Source: Candidatus Marinacidobacterales bacterium (GTDB lineage: Bacteria; Acidobacteriota; Vicinamibacteria; Marinacidobacterales; DATDRI01). Taken from it: a DNA stretch of 64,000 bases. The stretch lies in the NCBI GenBank assembly GCA_965219415.1, contig OZ244742.1, positions 1,216,001-1,280,000 on the forward strand. Reading direction: 5' to 3'. This document shows positions 63,759 through 64,000 of this stretch, in pieces. The notes under the pieces are model-generated. The model saw only the letters and a program-made list of their open reading frames with translations. It was not told the origin of the DNA and did not search any database. Both the position numbers and the translations under genes were made by a program. The stretch's first letter is position 1. Every line of letters starts with the position of its first letter.

Positions 63759-64000
63759 GTGCATACTTTTACCATGTTGTTCTATTTGATACTTGGCTCT
63801 GCCCTGACGATATTCTTCATCTCCAACTTCGACCAACGGGTCATCGTCTACTTCGGTTGGCCGCCGTACCTGGGATTCCAGACGGTCGACATTCCTCTGG
63901 CGTTGGCGCTCTTGGGCGCCATGCTTGCGGGCTTTGTCATCGCGGCGTTTCTTGCCATCACCGATCAGTTTCGACTTCGAACCCGCTTGAGACAGTTGCG
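63759..64000 (+). CDS. LapA-like membrane protein (partial)
   Basis: Two TMs, FFISN...IPLALALLGAMLAG, followed by a basic coiled coil; LPS gene context. Confidence 0.6.
   Translation, partial: MHTFTMLFYLILGSALTIFFISNFDQRVIVYFGWPPYLGFQTVDIPLALALLGAMLAGFVIAAFLAITDQFRLRTRLRQL

Overview
GC-rich bacterial chromosomal segment; gene content suggests Acidobacteriota (inference). The flanks are intact housekeeping genes: S41 protease, tatA/tatC, OmpA, pcm, proS, aroB, ubiE/menG and argF on the left; kdsB-pyrG-kdsA-kdsD-kdsC-lapA on the right. The centre (17.5-57.2 kb, minus strand) is a Myxococcus-style type IVa pilus locus: pilB-pilT-pilC-pilS-pilR, two Cys-rich pilins, ABC transporter, pilD, a second two-component pair and minor pilins. 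Inside it lies a ~16 kb surface-modification island with LtaS-like, sulfatase-like and YfhO-like genes, a tandem array of alkaline-phosphatase-superfamily and PhnD-like genes, an ISL3 and an IS256. The best candidate for a new system is a compact RiPP-like operon at 14.9-17.3 kb: consensus sigma54 promoter, radical SAM/SPASM enzyme, a translationally coupled 59-aa three-Cys precursor missed by the ORF track, and an HPr-kinase-like protein. Many accessory genes carry nonsense codons, indels or exact tandem duplications while the housekeeping genes are clean. All assignments come from manual motif reading; no database searches were run.
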